Made by a program: the position numbers and the translations under genes | Shown: one piece after another, positions 54,682-63,586 of the stretch | How the letters are laid out: every line of letters starts with the position of its first letter | Position numbering within the stretch: position 1 is the first letter of the stretch | Notes under the pieces: generated by a model | The model's database searches: none | What the model was told of the DNA's origin: nothing | The model's input: the letters and a program-made list of their open reading frames with translations, nothing else | Assembly (NCBI GenBank): GCA_963648635.1 | Contig: CAVJEL010000001.1 | Coordinates: forward strand, 4,444-68,443 | Source of the DNA: Ruminococcus intestinalis | Lineage (GTDB): Bacteria > Spirochaetota > Spirochaetia > Sphaerochaetales > Sphaerochaetaceae | Reading direction: 5' to 3' | Length of the DNA: 64,000 nucleotides

Positions 54682-55935
54682 TCAGTTTTTTCTTTTCACC
54701 ACATATGAAATGACTTCTGATGCATACAAAATAAGAGCAACAATGGCCGTTGCCCATATATTCTGAATAAGCACAGAACTGAAGATAAGTCTGACAATAA
54801 CCGTCAGAAGGACAAGGGCAAACATAATCCCGTTCACCCATGCAAGTGCTTTATCTCTTCTTCCTTTCTTCGAGAGCGACATGAAATGCAATACCCCGGC
54901 GACAATACATATCGGGGAAATAATCAAAATGTGCAAATTGTTGTGGGTCACGTTATGTATTGTGAAGAACGCAAGGAATGCAAGAACAAGGCTCATTATG
55001 CCGAAGAGAGAGTAGACAACGCCGAGGATGAAATCTCCCACCTTATGGTGTTTCGAAAGTGCCGTAAAAACAGATATTGCCCCAAGAAACAGCCCGAAGA
55101 GCAATGCTCTTAACAGAAGCGACCACTTTTCGGGAGTAGTGCTCCTTCCTTGGCTTAAATAAAGCACATCTCTTTTAGAGTTCTGGTATTCTTCGATTTC
55201 TCTTATAAGGTTGTCCGGTAGATAGCACATCTCCCACTCTGTAACAGCGCCGTCGACCGAGGGCCCGAGGAGGTAGTTTATGGCCCAGGCCGTGAAGAAA
55301 GTAGAACGCGAGAGATAACGGCTGACGCTGTCTCTTATCGTCTCATCTGACTCCTTACTCTTGAGGTATTCCTCGAAGTCACCGTTTGTCGCATATGAGT
55401 AGATATCTCTAAGCCTTGTTGCGCAGTTATCGGAGAAATAGTCGTAGAGGTATGTCCTGTTCTCCTCTTCCGTGTTGTAGACAAGAAACGAATAGAGTGC
55501 TTTCTTCTGATTGGCATCAAGGTCAAGGGAAAGAAGATATACGCTTCTGTCATCATCCTCGAGGCTGCCGATACGGTATAAGGCATAGGTTTCCCACACT
55601 TCATAATAGAGCTTACCGAATATGAAGTTCGGGATGAATGTTTCGTTGAATGTGAAGATGCCGTAGTCGAATGCAATAGGGTGGTAACCGTCGCGCTCGA
55701 TGACGAATGCCGAGTGTCCGAAGTTCTCCCATATGGCGCTACCCGGTCCTCCTACAAGAAGATATATCCTCATATTCTCAAAGTAGTCTCTGTCGTCCTC
55801 TGTAACTTCTTCGGCTTTGAAGGCCTGAAGTTCCTCCTCACTTGAAAACAAATCCTCCCTCAGCGTGATTTTTGCCGTGATGGGGATAAAGCATAGAGAA
55901 AGCAGGATGACAAGAGATATCAATTTCTTTTGCAT
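54682..55935 (-). CDS. DUF4105-like periplasmic domain plus multi-TM membrane protein
   Basis: 417 aa with a signal/lipobox-like N-terminus. FGHSAFVIE...FDYG...YLYDYFSDNCATRLRD resembles DUF4105, and the C-terminal third is hydrophobic. Confidence 0.6.
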   Translation of the reverse strand: MQKKLISLVILLSLCFIPITAKITLREDLFSSEEELQAFKAEEVTEDDRDYFENMRIYLLVGGPGSAIWENFGHSAFVIERDGYHPIAFDYGIFTFNETFIPNFIFGKLYYEVWETYALYRIGSLEDDDRSVYLLSLDLDANQKKALYSFLVYNTEEENRTYLYDYFSDNCATRLRDIYSYATNGDFEEYLKSKESDETIRDSVSRYLSRSTFFTAWAINYLLGPSVDGAVTEWEMCYLPDNLIREIEEYQNSKRDVLYLSQGRSTTPEKWSLLLRALLFGLFLGAISVFTALSKHHKVGDFILGVVYSLFGIMSLVLAFLAFFTIHNVTHNNLHILIISPICIVAGVLHFMSLSKKGRRDKALAWVNGIMFALVLLTVIVRLIFSSVLIQNIWATAIVALILYASEVISYVVKRKN

Positions 55936-56109
55936 GCTCTTATGATAATAATACTCGGGTCGATAGAAAAGGAATTATCATACAAATTGTATGGAAGAAT
56001 CTTGAGAATGAATGCAGAAAATTTAAGAAAAGTATGAAAAAAGCAGAAATGTAGTTTATGAAAACGCCGTTAATTTGCTAGTATACACAAAATTGTTCGG
56101 AGGAAAAAA

Positions 56110-56454
56110 ATGAAAAAGAAGTTATTTCTTGTTGCTCTTGTCGTATGTCTTGTTTTAACAAGCTGTGCTACCGGTAAAACAGGTCTCTATGACGCTGGTG
56201 TCACAACAAACCTGGTTGAAAAGGACTATGAAATTCTCGGGCCTGTCGAAATCAAAGGCACAATAACCAATGTTCTTGGTTTCTTCCAGTGGGGTGGAAA
56301 GGGCTATAGTGACCTCATTGCGGAAGCAAAGGCTCTCTATCCTGAGGCAGATGCAGTCATCGATATCTACGAGGATGTTTCGTCAAGCATGATTATGCTC
56401 GTATACAACACATACTCAAGAACATACTACGGAACAGCTATCAAGTACAAATAA
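56110..56454 (+). CDS. Small lipoprotein, unknown function
   Basis: 114 aa with signal peptide plus lipobox LVLTSC. GGAGG lies 6 nt upstream. Confidence 0.7.
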   Translation: MKKKLFLVALVVCLVLTSCATGKTGLYDAGVTTNLVEKDYEILGPVEIKGTITNVLGFFQWGGKGYSDLIAEAKALYPEADAVIDIYEDVSSSMIMLVYNTYSRTYYGTAIKYK

Positions 56455-56477
56455 TAGCTGTGTGCTGTTTTTTATGC

Positions 56478-56501
56478 GGGGGCCTGAGTGCCCTCTTTTT
56501 T
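56478..56501 (+). terminator. Intrinsic terminator
   Basis: GGGGGC-CTGAGT-GCCCTC (one wobble) followed by T6. Confidence 0.55.
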
Positions 56502-56779
56502 CTTGTCTAACGGGCCTCGGAATAAACTATCGGAGGAGAAAGATGCATGCATATGGAGCTGCACCTTCTAATCATGAGTAGATTGACTGGATATTGCTTT
56601 TATTACAGATGAACAGTCTAATGTTTTGTAATGAAGCTTGAATGTTTATCATACACAGTGTAGAGAATAGTCTTTCAAAAATGGATAAGAATGGACCATA
56701 ATGTATGTAAATCAACAATTAGAGATTTATATATCCAAAATTATCGATGTAAAATGACTTTAATTAAAGGAGTTATGGA

Positions 56780-57355
56780 ATGAAGAAAGTAATAGTTCTA
56801 TTAGCGTTGTTATGTCTTTTCGCATGTTCTCTTTTTGCTGATGATTTTACAAGCTGTTTGAATCTCATCGACAAGAAGCTCGATGCTTCAACTGTCGCTG
56901 CAGTCCAGCAGTATTCAGCAAATCTCTCGGAATCCCAGAAGTATTCTATCTATGAGTCAAAGAAATCATCTGGAACGATTCCATTTGTCGTCAATTTCTT
57001 CCTTGGATGTGGAATAGGAAGCTATATACAGGGTGATGTTCTGGGAGGAACAATTTCTCTCTGTGGTGATGTTGGTGGCTATGCTCTCATCGTAGGTGGT
57101 TACGTTTCTGCTGCTGCTTCTGCTGTTTCAAATAGTTCTTCTGGTCTTGCTGGAGGTTCCGCTGCCGTTATCGCAGGAGGAGCAATACTTCTTGCAAACA
57201 GAATATTCACGTGCATAAGACCTTTTACATATGCAAGTTCTTATAACAAGAGACTTTCAACTGCTCTTTATGCAAACACATCATTTGCGATGGTCCCGTC
57301 AATTAATGAAAAGGGTCAACCCGAAGTTGTTCTTGTTGGAAAGGTAAATTTCTAA
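56780..57355 (+). CDS. Small envelope/membrane protein with Gly-rich hydrophobic segments (possibly P13-like)
   Basis: 191 aa with signal peptide MKKVIVLLALLCLFACSLFA and AGGAG upstream. The motif FFLGCGIGSYIQGD is followed by G/A/S-rich TM-like segments. The P13 resemblance is from memory only. Confidence 0.5.
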   Translation: MKKVIVLLALLCLFACSLFADDFTSCLNLIDKKLDASTVAAVQQYSANLSESQKYSIYESKKSSGTIPFVVNFFLGCGIGSYIQGDVLGGTISLCGDVGGYALIVGGYVSAAASAVSNSSSGLAGGSAAVIAGGAILLANRIFTCIRPFTYASSYNKRLSTALYANTSFAMVPSINEKGQPEVVLVGKVNF

Positions 57356-57379
57356 GACTGACTGAGAAAATCACTTCAA

Positions 57380-57406
57380 GCCCTCCAGACGAGTTTCCGG
57401 AGGGTT
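57380..57406 (+). terminator. Hairpin terminator (weak T-tract)
   Basis: CCCTCC-N12-GGAGGG-TTT. Confidence 0.4.
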
Positions 57407-57583
57407 TATCTTTCCATATATGTGTGAAATATCTTCAACGACATTCGAAAATTACCAGTGAAAATATTCCTTTACTTTAATCTCAATTAATACAGATTCA
57501 GAGGACGATATGGAAAACATACTATCCTCACATTTGGTTCATATTCTGTTCTTTCTTGTTCTTCTTTGTGTTATATTCCTCGT

Positions 57584-58312
57584 ATGGAACGTGACGGCAA
57601 AACATTGGGTATTATTCTGAAGAGGGAGAATAGGGGGGAGCATAATGCATCCCTTACAATCCTTACTCCAGATAACGGCCTTATTACTGTCACGGCCTAC
57701 GGAAGTGGAAGGGGTGCAAAGAGCTACCGTGCCCCGTTATATGGCGAGGGTGTCTTCTCAATTGAGAAGAAAAACGAGTACTCGATAACCCTTAAGGACA
57801 CCGAAATAATAAGCGAGCATGAATGGGTGAAAGACAGCGTCGAGAAGATAGGGTGGGTAAGCCTATTTAGCGAGCTTGTCATAAAGGCAAGGACGGCAGG
57901 GAGCGAGATGTACAGCCTATATACGTCGACACTGGACAATATAAGCGATGACAATATCGACAGGGTTGCAGTCTACTTCTTATCGCACTTTCTTAAGGAT
58001 GAGGGCCTCAGCGGGGACTGGGAGACATGCCCTATGTGCGGAAAGAAGTACGAGAAGGATGAGACCTTAGGGTTCTCGACAATCTCATCGAGCGCTGTAT
58101 GCTCTTCCTGCGACACGCTCTCATCCTCTTTAATCCTCCCTCCCAATGCCAGGAGGTATGTTCTGAGGGTATCAGAAAGTAATATCACAGAAGCGCTTTC
58201 ATTCTCGATAAGCACTAGCTTCGTCAGGAGGATAAGTCGCTATTTGATGCGTAGCCTTGTATATGTGTTTCCCTCGAAGTTGATGACTCTCTCTTCCGGT
58301 TTAATTAGTTAA
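57584..58312 (+). CDS. recO: DNA repair protein RecO
   Basis: I moved the start to the ATG at 57584 (the track start is TTG). An OB-fold N-terminus is followed by a zinc-finger CPMCGKKY...CSSCD. Confidence 0.8.
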   Translation: MERDGKTLGIILKRENRGEHNASLTILTPDNGLITVTAYGSGRGAKSYRAPLYGEGVFSIEKKNEYSITLKDTEIISEHEWVKDSVEKIGWVSLFSELVIKARTAGSEMYSLYTSTLDNISDDNIDRVAVYFLSHFLKDEGLSGDWETCPMCGKKYEKDETLGFSTISSSAVCSSCDTLSSSLILPPNARRYVLRVSESNITEALSFSISTSFVRRISRYLMRSLVYVFPSKLMTLSSGLIS

Positions 58313-58326
58313 GGATAAGTTTATAT

Positions 58327-60450
58327 ATGAATATTACAGTTAAAGAATGCAATTTAGAGTACGCTCAAAGTCTCAATGAAAAGTACCATATCCCGCTTCT
58401 GTCAGCCACAATCATGGCGGAGAGGGGAATAAAGGAAGAGGACGTCAAATATTACCTCGAGGATGATATCGTCTATCAACACAGTCCATTTACTGTCGAT
58501 GATGTATATTCCGCCATCGAACGCATAGACGAGGCTCTCGATGAGACGGAAGGAAGAGAGCAGGAGAAGATTATCATATTCGGCGACAGGGATGTGGACG
58601 GCATAACGGCGACTGCCATAATGTACAAGTGCCTGAAAAAACTGGGTGCAAAGTATGTCTCCTACCGCCTTCCCCACGGGGACGAAGGATATGGCTTATC
58701 GGATGAGATAACTAAGGAGATAATCGACGGAGGCTATACTCTCTGCATCACTGTAGATAACGGCATAAGCGCAATCGACGAGATAAAAACACTGGAGAAA
58801 AACGGCGTTGACGTTATTGTACTCGACCATCACTTGCCACTAGAGAATCTTCCTCCGGCAGTTGCAATCTTCGACCCGAAAGTCGAGGGAATAGGGTATC
58901 CATTTTCGGGACTTGCAGGATGTGCCGTTGCAGCAAAACTGGGGTGGGCGCTCTTTTTCTCACGCACCCCTCTTTTCAACTCATCTGTAATCCTACTTCA
59001 TGCACAGCCGGGAAACGGGACTGTCAGAATAGATGCCGTGAGGATGGAGAATCTCATTGAGACTAAAAGACTCAGTGATGAGTTCCTTGTCGGGGAGAAG
59101 GGATCTCTATATACATCCCCTCTCTTTGAGATGCTTTCATCCAACACGCCTATAGTAGTTCTCGATAAAGACACCGAACTTGTGCTATTGAAGAAGGCAT
59201 TCGGTAATGGAGTTGATATATCACTTGAAGATTTCAGGCCGACTTTGGAAAAGGTCATTCCTTCAACGAAAGGAAAGACCCTTTTCGACCTTGCAATGCG
59301 CTCACGCAGCGCAAGGTATTCCTCGGGGCAGGTTGAAATAGAGACTCTCATCTCCCTCTTCAGAAGTGCATCCATATATTCATTCCCGACACTCACAAAG
59401 GAGTTTGAAGAAATTCAGGTACTCGAGGCGATAGGAACTGTTGCCGATTTAATGCCACTTCTCGACGAGAATAGACTTATCGTAAAGAAGGGACTCAAGC
59501 TCCTTTCGCAGCGTCCGCCACAGACACTCTCGTACCTTTTATCAAAGCAGAACCTCATAGGTAAGCCCCTCACCGTCAGCAACATAAGCTTCAAGATTGC
59601 TCCGGTGTTGAATGCCTCCGGGAGAATGGGGGAGCCCGAGACTGCACTCTCTCTTCTTCTCTCAACTTCATACTCGGAGATGGAAGAGCTAACAGAGAGG
59701 CTTCTCTCTCTCAACACGGAGAGACAGAAGAATGAAGAAGTGGCACTCGAGAGCGTGAGTGAACTCGCCTCCCTTTCGCTCGGAAAAACAGGCGGGAAAT
59801 TCATCGTAGTCGAGAGTGATACTATCCAGCGTGGACTCACCGGCTCAATAGCAAGTAAGCTAGCTAACGAAAGCGGTGTGCCGGCGATAGTTCTTGCAAC
59901 TTCCGACGATGTCGTATTCGGCTCGATGCGCTCCAAAGACCCGTGGAATGCTAGGGACTTTCTCTCAATATTCTCATCGTGCTTCGAGGATTTCGGTGGT
60001 CACAAGGCTGCAGCGGGGCTGAGGATGTTCAAGGAAAAGAAGGATGAGTTTCTTTCTCTTCTTTACTCCTACATAGAAACAATGGATGAAAGAGAGAAGG
60101 CGAGCGAGAGTATTGATGTCGATGCAGTCGTCGCTGATGATGACCTCGAGAAGAATGTATGGGAGACACTGAAGGTCTTCGAGCCTTTCGGACAGGAATC
60201 GCAGCGCGTTCTCTTCTACCTTCCAAAGGCAAGAATAAGGGAGGCATACAGGGTTGGAAACGGCGGGAAATACATGCGCTTCTCCCTTGAGTGCGGGCAG
60301 TATGTATGGCCGGCCTTATGGTGGGAGGCTGAAAACGAGGATGACTATAAACCCGGAAGGGAAGTATCCCTTGTCTTCTCTCCTGAAATCAACTGGTGGA
60401 AGGGAAACGGCAGAGAGCAGATGAATATAGAGAGAATAGAATTGCTCTGA
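58327..60450 (+). CDS. recJ: Single-stranded-DNA-specific exonuclease RecJ
   Basis: 707 aa with DHH motifs (IFGDRDVDGITA, TVDNGIS, VLDHH) and a DHHA1 motif (GGHKAAAG). Confidence 0.9.
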   Translation: MNITVKECNLEYAQSLNEKYHIPLLSATIMAERGIKEEDVKYYLEDDIVYQHSPFTVDDVYSAIERIDEALDETEGREQEKIIIFGDRDVDGITATAIMYKCLKKLGAKYVSYRLPHGDEGYGLSDEITKEIIDGGYTLCITVDNGISAIDEIKTLEKNGVDVIVLDHHLPLENLPPAVAIFDPKVEGIGYPFSGLAGCAVAAKLGWALFFSRTPLFNSSVILLHAQPGNGTVRIDAVRMENLIETKRLSDEFLVGEKGSLYTSPLFEMLSSNTPIVVLDKDTELVLLKKAFGNGVDISLEDFRPTLEKVIPSTKGKTLFDLAMRSRSARYSSGQVEIETLISLFRSASIYSFPTLTKEFEEIQVLEAIGTVADLMPLLDENRLIVKKGLKLLSQRPPQTLSYLLSKQNLIGKPLTVSNISFKIAPVLNASGRMGEPETALSLLLSTSYSEMEELTERLLSLNTERQKNEEVALESVSELASLSLGKTGGKFIVVESDTIQRGLTGSIASKLANESGVPAIVLATSDDVVFGSMRSKDPWNARDFLSIFSSCFEDFGGHKAAAGLRMFKEKKDEFLSLLYSYIETMDEREKASESIDVDAVVADDDLEKNVWETLKVFEPFGQESQRVLFYLPKARIREAYRVGNGGKYMRFSLECGQYVWPALWWEAENEDDYKPGREVSLVFSPEINWWKGNGREQMNIERIELL

Positions 60451-60513
60451 TTAAGCACATACGCAATTTTGAGGATAAAAATAATCGATTTTCCTGTTTT
60501 TTTAATAAATAAT

Positions 60514-60542
60514 TTGACATATCACAATCTGAGTGTGATACT
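60514..60542 (+). promoter_or_regulatory. Sigma70-like promoter with extended -10 and an embedded perfect inverted repeat
   Basis: TTGACA-17 nt-GATACT with TGT immediately upstream of the -10. The palindrome TATCACA-N7-TGTGATA (60520-60540) fills the spacer. Confidence 0.5.
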
Positions 60543-60584
60543 AACCAATGATTATTAAAGAAACCAAAAAGGAGTTACATAAAA

Positions 60585-61469
60585 ATGGTTATTCTTATCG
60601 CAGATGCATTTGATAAAACACTGCCTGAAAAGCTCTCCGTATTTGGAGAAGTCACCACAGATATCTCCCGCCTAGCGGATGCTGATGTTGTTCTCATCAG
60701 AAGTAAGACAAAGGCAACAAAAGAGTATATCGACCAGGCAAAGAATATGAAGCTCATTATCCGTGGCGGTGTCGGCATGGACAATATCGACATTCCGTAT
60801 TGCAAGGAGAAGGGAATCGTCGCAACAAATACTCCGAAGTCTTCCGCTATTGCAGTTGCAGAGCTTGCTTTCTGCCTCATGCTCAGCACCCCCAACAATC
60901 TCTGCTTCTATGATTCGACAATGAAGAACGGCGAATGGGCAAAGAAGACAAAGAGGCACGAACTCTATGGAAAGACACTCTGTCTTCTTGGAATCGGAAA
61001 CATCGCACGCAAGGTTGCTGAGCGCGCACATGCTTTCGGCATGAAGGTCGTTGCTTACGATAAGTATGTCGAGAAGTCGGATTTAGCCGAGATGATGAGC
61101 CTCGAGGATGCAGTAAAGGACGCTGACTACATCTCCATGCACCTTCCTCTCACTCCTGAGACTGAAAAGATGGTGAATGCAGATCTCATTTCAAAGATGA
61201 CTCATAAGCCTGTCATCATCAACACTGGACGTGGTAAGTGTGTTGACGAGAAGGCTGTTGCCGATGCTCTCGAGAACGGCTCTCTCTCATGGTTCTGCAC
61301 AGACGTCTATTCAACAGAACCTCCTGTTGTAAGCGAGAACCCGCTCTTCGGATGCAAGAATGTCACATTCACACCTCATGTCGGCGCAAACAGCGAAGAG
61401 AACTTACTGCGTATCGGAGAGGAAGTAATCTCAACAATTGAAAAGTACAAGAAGGAAGGCCTCATTTAA
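60585..61469 (+). CDS. D-isomer-specific 2-hydroxyacid dehydrogenase (short D-3-phosphoglycerate dehydrogenase-like)
   Basis: 294 aa with the NAD-binding motif LLGIGNIARKVA and a conserved catalytic-domain layout. Confidence 0.85.
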   Translation: MVILIADAFDKTLPEKLSVFGEVTTDISRLADADVVLIRSKTKATKEYIDQAKNMKLIIRGGVGMDNIDIPYCKEKGIVATNTPKSSAIAVAELAFCLMLSTPNNLCFYDSTMKNGEWAKKTKRHELYGKTLCLLGIGNIARKVAERAHAFGMKVVAYDKYVEKSDLAEMMSLEDAVKDADYISMHLPLTPETEKMVNADLISKMTHKPVIINTGRGKCVDEKAVADALENGSLSWFCTDVYSTEPPVVSENPLFGCKNVTFTPHVGANSEENLLRIGEEVISTIEKYKKEGLI

Positions 61470-61486
61470 GTTAAAGGGAGGAAACT

Positions 61487-61942
61487 ATGGTAAAGAGAAT
61501 TGACGACACCAACAAAGCGATTATTAAACTCCTCCAGGATGGAAGGCGTCCGTATTCAGTTATAGCAGATGAGCTGGGTATAACGGAGAATACCGTCAGA
61601 AGCAGGGCAAACAAGCTTCTCGAGGACGGTGTATTGAAGATTATCGGGATGGTTGATCCCGAGTACGTTCCCGGCCTCCAGGTTATTTATATGGGCGTGA
61701 AACTCTCCACGATGGAACTTACAAAGAAAGCTGAGGAGTTCATGACACTCAGGGGAGTCGTATCTGTTGCCGTAGTTACAGGTCGCTACGATCTCATTGC
61801 AAAGCTTGTTTTGAGTGAAGAGGAGGACCTTTCACTATTGAACTTCTTCTCGAATGAGCTGACAAAGATATCGAATGTGCTGGATGTTGAGACATATGTT
61901 GTCTATCAATCCCACAACCTCCTAGTGCCGTACATCCTTTAA
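61487..61942 (+). CDS. Lrp/AsnC family transcriptional regulator
   Basis: 151 aa with an N-terminal HTH (IIKLLQDGRRPYSVIADELGITENTVRSRANKL) and a RAM/AsnC_trans_reg domain. Confidence 0.9.
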   Translation: MVKRIDDTNKAIIKLLQDGRRPYSVIADELGITENTVRSRANKLLEDGVLKIIGMVDPEYVPGLQVIYMGVKLSTMELTKKAEEFMTLRGVVSVAVVTGRYDLIAKLVLSEEEDLSLLNFFSNELTKISNVLDVETYVVYQSHNLLVPYIL

Positions 61943-61961
61943 AAAAGAGAAAAACCAAAGA

Positions 61962-61997
61962 AGAGACTCTGGAATCTTTCCCGGGTCTCTTTTTTTA
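61962..61997 (+). terminator. Intrinsic terminator after the lrp-like gene
   Basis: AGAGAC-N16-GTCTCT followed by T7. Confidence 0.6.
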
Positions 61998-62076
61998 TCG
62001 GCTTTGAAGAAGAGTGTGGCTTTTCTGACTCAGTAAGTGTAAAATAAATCAATTAAGAATCAAGGAAGGAAAAACT

Positions 62077-63564
62077 ATGCAATATGAAACAACAATCCCG
62101 AGAGAGGAAGTCTCAAGGTGCCTTCTCTGTAACGATGCACAATGCAGCCAGAATTGTTCACGTAATCTGGACCCCGCTTCAATTCTACGCTCCATCCATT
62201 TCGATAATATAGTAGGAGGAGCACATAAGCTCGGCTCTGCTTTTTCGTGCTCGAACTGTGACGCCCCGTGCCAGAAGGCGTGTGTCCTTACTTCCAACCC
62301 GATACATATAAAGCGTATTCTCACTTCCCTTGATGAGGACAGAAAGAGCTGGGATGAGATTGATGAAGGAGATGTTGATTTATCCGTCGATTTTCTCGGC
62401 GTGCACTTTGAAAACCCGTTTCTGCTCTCGTCATCAGTTGTTGCAAGTTCATATGATAAGATTTCCCGTGCTTTCGATATGGGCTGGGCTGGCGCATGTT
62501 TCAAAACCCTCTGCGATTTCATTCCCCGTGAGGCATCTCCGAGATACTCCTCCCTTGAAGCCGAGCACGGTTTCTGTGGCTTCAAGAATATAGAGCAGCT
62601 ATCGTCTTCGGGCCTTGAGAACGACCTCGAGACAATAAAGAGACTCAAGAAGGATTATCCGAATAAGGTGATTATAGCTTCGATTATGGGTCGTAGTGAT
62701 GAGGAGTGGGAGAGACTCGCGCACCTCTCAGAGGAGGCTGGTGCAGACATAATCGAATGCAATTTTTCATGTCCGAACATGGAAGAGGGAGGACTCGGAG
62801 TAGATATCGGGCAGAATGAAGATGCGGTGCGAAGATGCACAAAAGCTGCAAGAAAGGGCTGTACAATCCCACTCCTGGCTAAGCTAACACCCAACGTCGC
62901 CTCAATGAGGCCGTATGCTCGTGCCGCAATGGAGAGCGGGGCTGACGGAATAGCAGCAATAAACACGATAAAGAGTCTTATGGGCATGAACCTCGATACT
63001 TATGCTACTGAACCTTCTGTTAGGGGAATGTCGGGGGTCGGAGGTTACTCGGGACACGCCGTCAAACCAATAGCACTACGCTTTATATGGGAGCTTGCCT
63101 CTGATGAAAACTTCAAAAATACTCCCATAAGTGCAATGGGCGGGATAGATACATGGCGGGACGCTGTGGAGTTCTTGCTTCTCGGGGCAAACCATGTGCA
63201 GATTACAACTTCCGTCATGCAATACGGAGCAAGGATAATTGACGATTTAATCGATGGCCTCAAGTGGTACATGAGGGAAAAGGCCTTCGTGCACCTCTCG
63301 GATTTAATCGGACTCGGAGTCGATAACGTAAGGGAACTTGATGAACTCAACCGTGAAACAAAGCTCCTTCCTCGTTTCAGGCACGAGAAATGCGTCGGCT
63401 GCGGGCGATGCGCACTTTCATGTAGGGACGGCGGACATGAGGCATTGAGGATGGTGAAAGGAAAACCCGTAATGGACCCAACAGCGTGTGTGGGCTGCCA
63501 CCTATGTGTTCTTGTTTGTCCTATGGGGGCAATCAGTCCGTACGGAAAGAGAATCGAGCTCTAA
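62077..63564 (+). CDS. Dihydropyrimidine/dihydroorotate dehydrogenase-like flavoprotein (PreA-like) with N- and C-terminal Fe-S modules
   Basis: 495 aa. The N-terminus has CLLCNDAQCSQNC...CSNCDAPCQKAC. A DHOD/DPD TIM-barrel core follows (FENPFLLSSS, NFSCPN, AINT). The C-terminus carries 2x CxxCxxCxxxC(P) ferredoxin motifs. Confidence 0.8.
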   Translation: MQYETTIPREEVSRCLLCNDAQCSQNCSRNLDPASILRSIHFDNIVGGAHKLGSAFSCSNCDAPCQKACVLTSNPIHIKRILTSLDEDRKSWDEIDEGDVDLSVDFLGVHFENPFLLSSSVVASSYDKISRAFDMGWAGACFKTLCDFIPREASPRYSSLEAEHGFCGFKNIEQLSSSGLENDLETIKRLKKDYPNKVIIASIMGRSDEEWERLAHLSEEAGADIIECNFSCPNMEEGGLGVDIGQNEDAVRRCTKAARKGCTIPLLAKLTPNVASMRPYARAAMESGADGIAAINTIKSLMGMNLDTYATEPSVRGMSGVGGYSGHAVKPIALRFIWELASDENFKNTPISAMGGIDTWRDAVEFLLLGANHVQITTSVMQYGARIIDDLIDGLKWYMREKAFVHLSDLIGLGVDNVRELDELNRETKLLPRFRHEKCVGCGRCALSCRDGGHEALRMVKGKPVMDPTACVGCHLCVLVCPMGAISPYGKRIEL

Positions 63565-63586
63565 CCTTAGTTAAGAGGTAAATTAA

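Noticed and set aside
62049-62648. 199-aa minus-strand ORF antisense to the PreA-like gene; likewise 42751-43305 (antisense cysS), 19066-19566 (antisense AAA-ATPase gene) and 59415-59936 (antisense recJ)
   Set aside because: All are embedded in confidently identified genes on the other strand. Their composition is low-complexity and nothing suggests independent expression.
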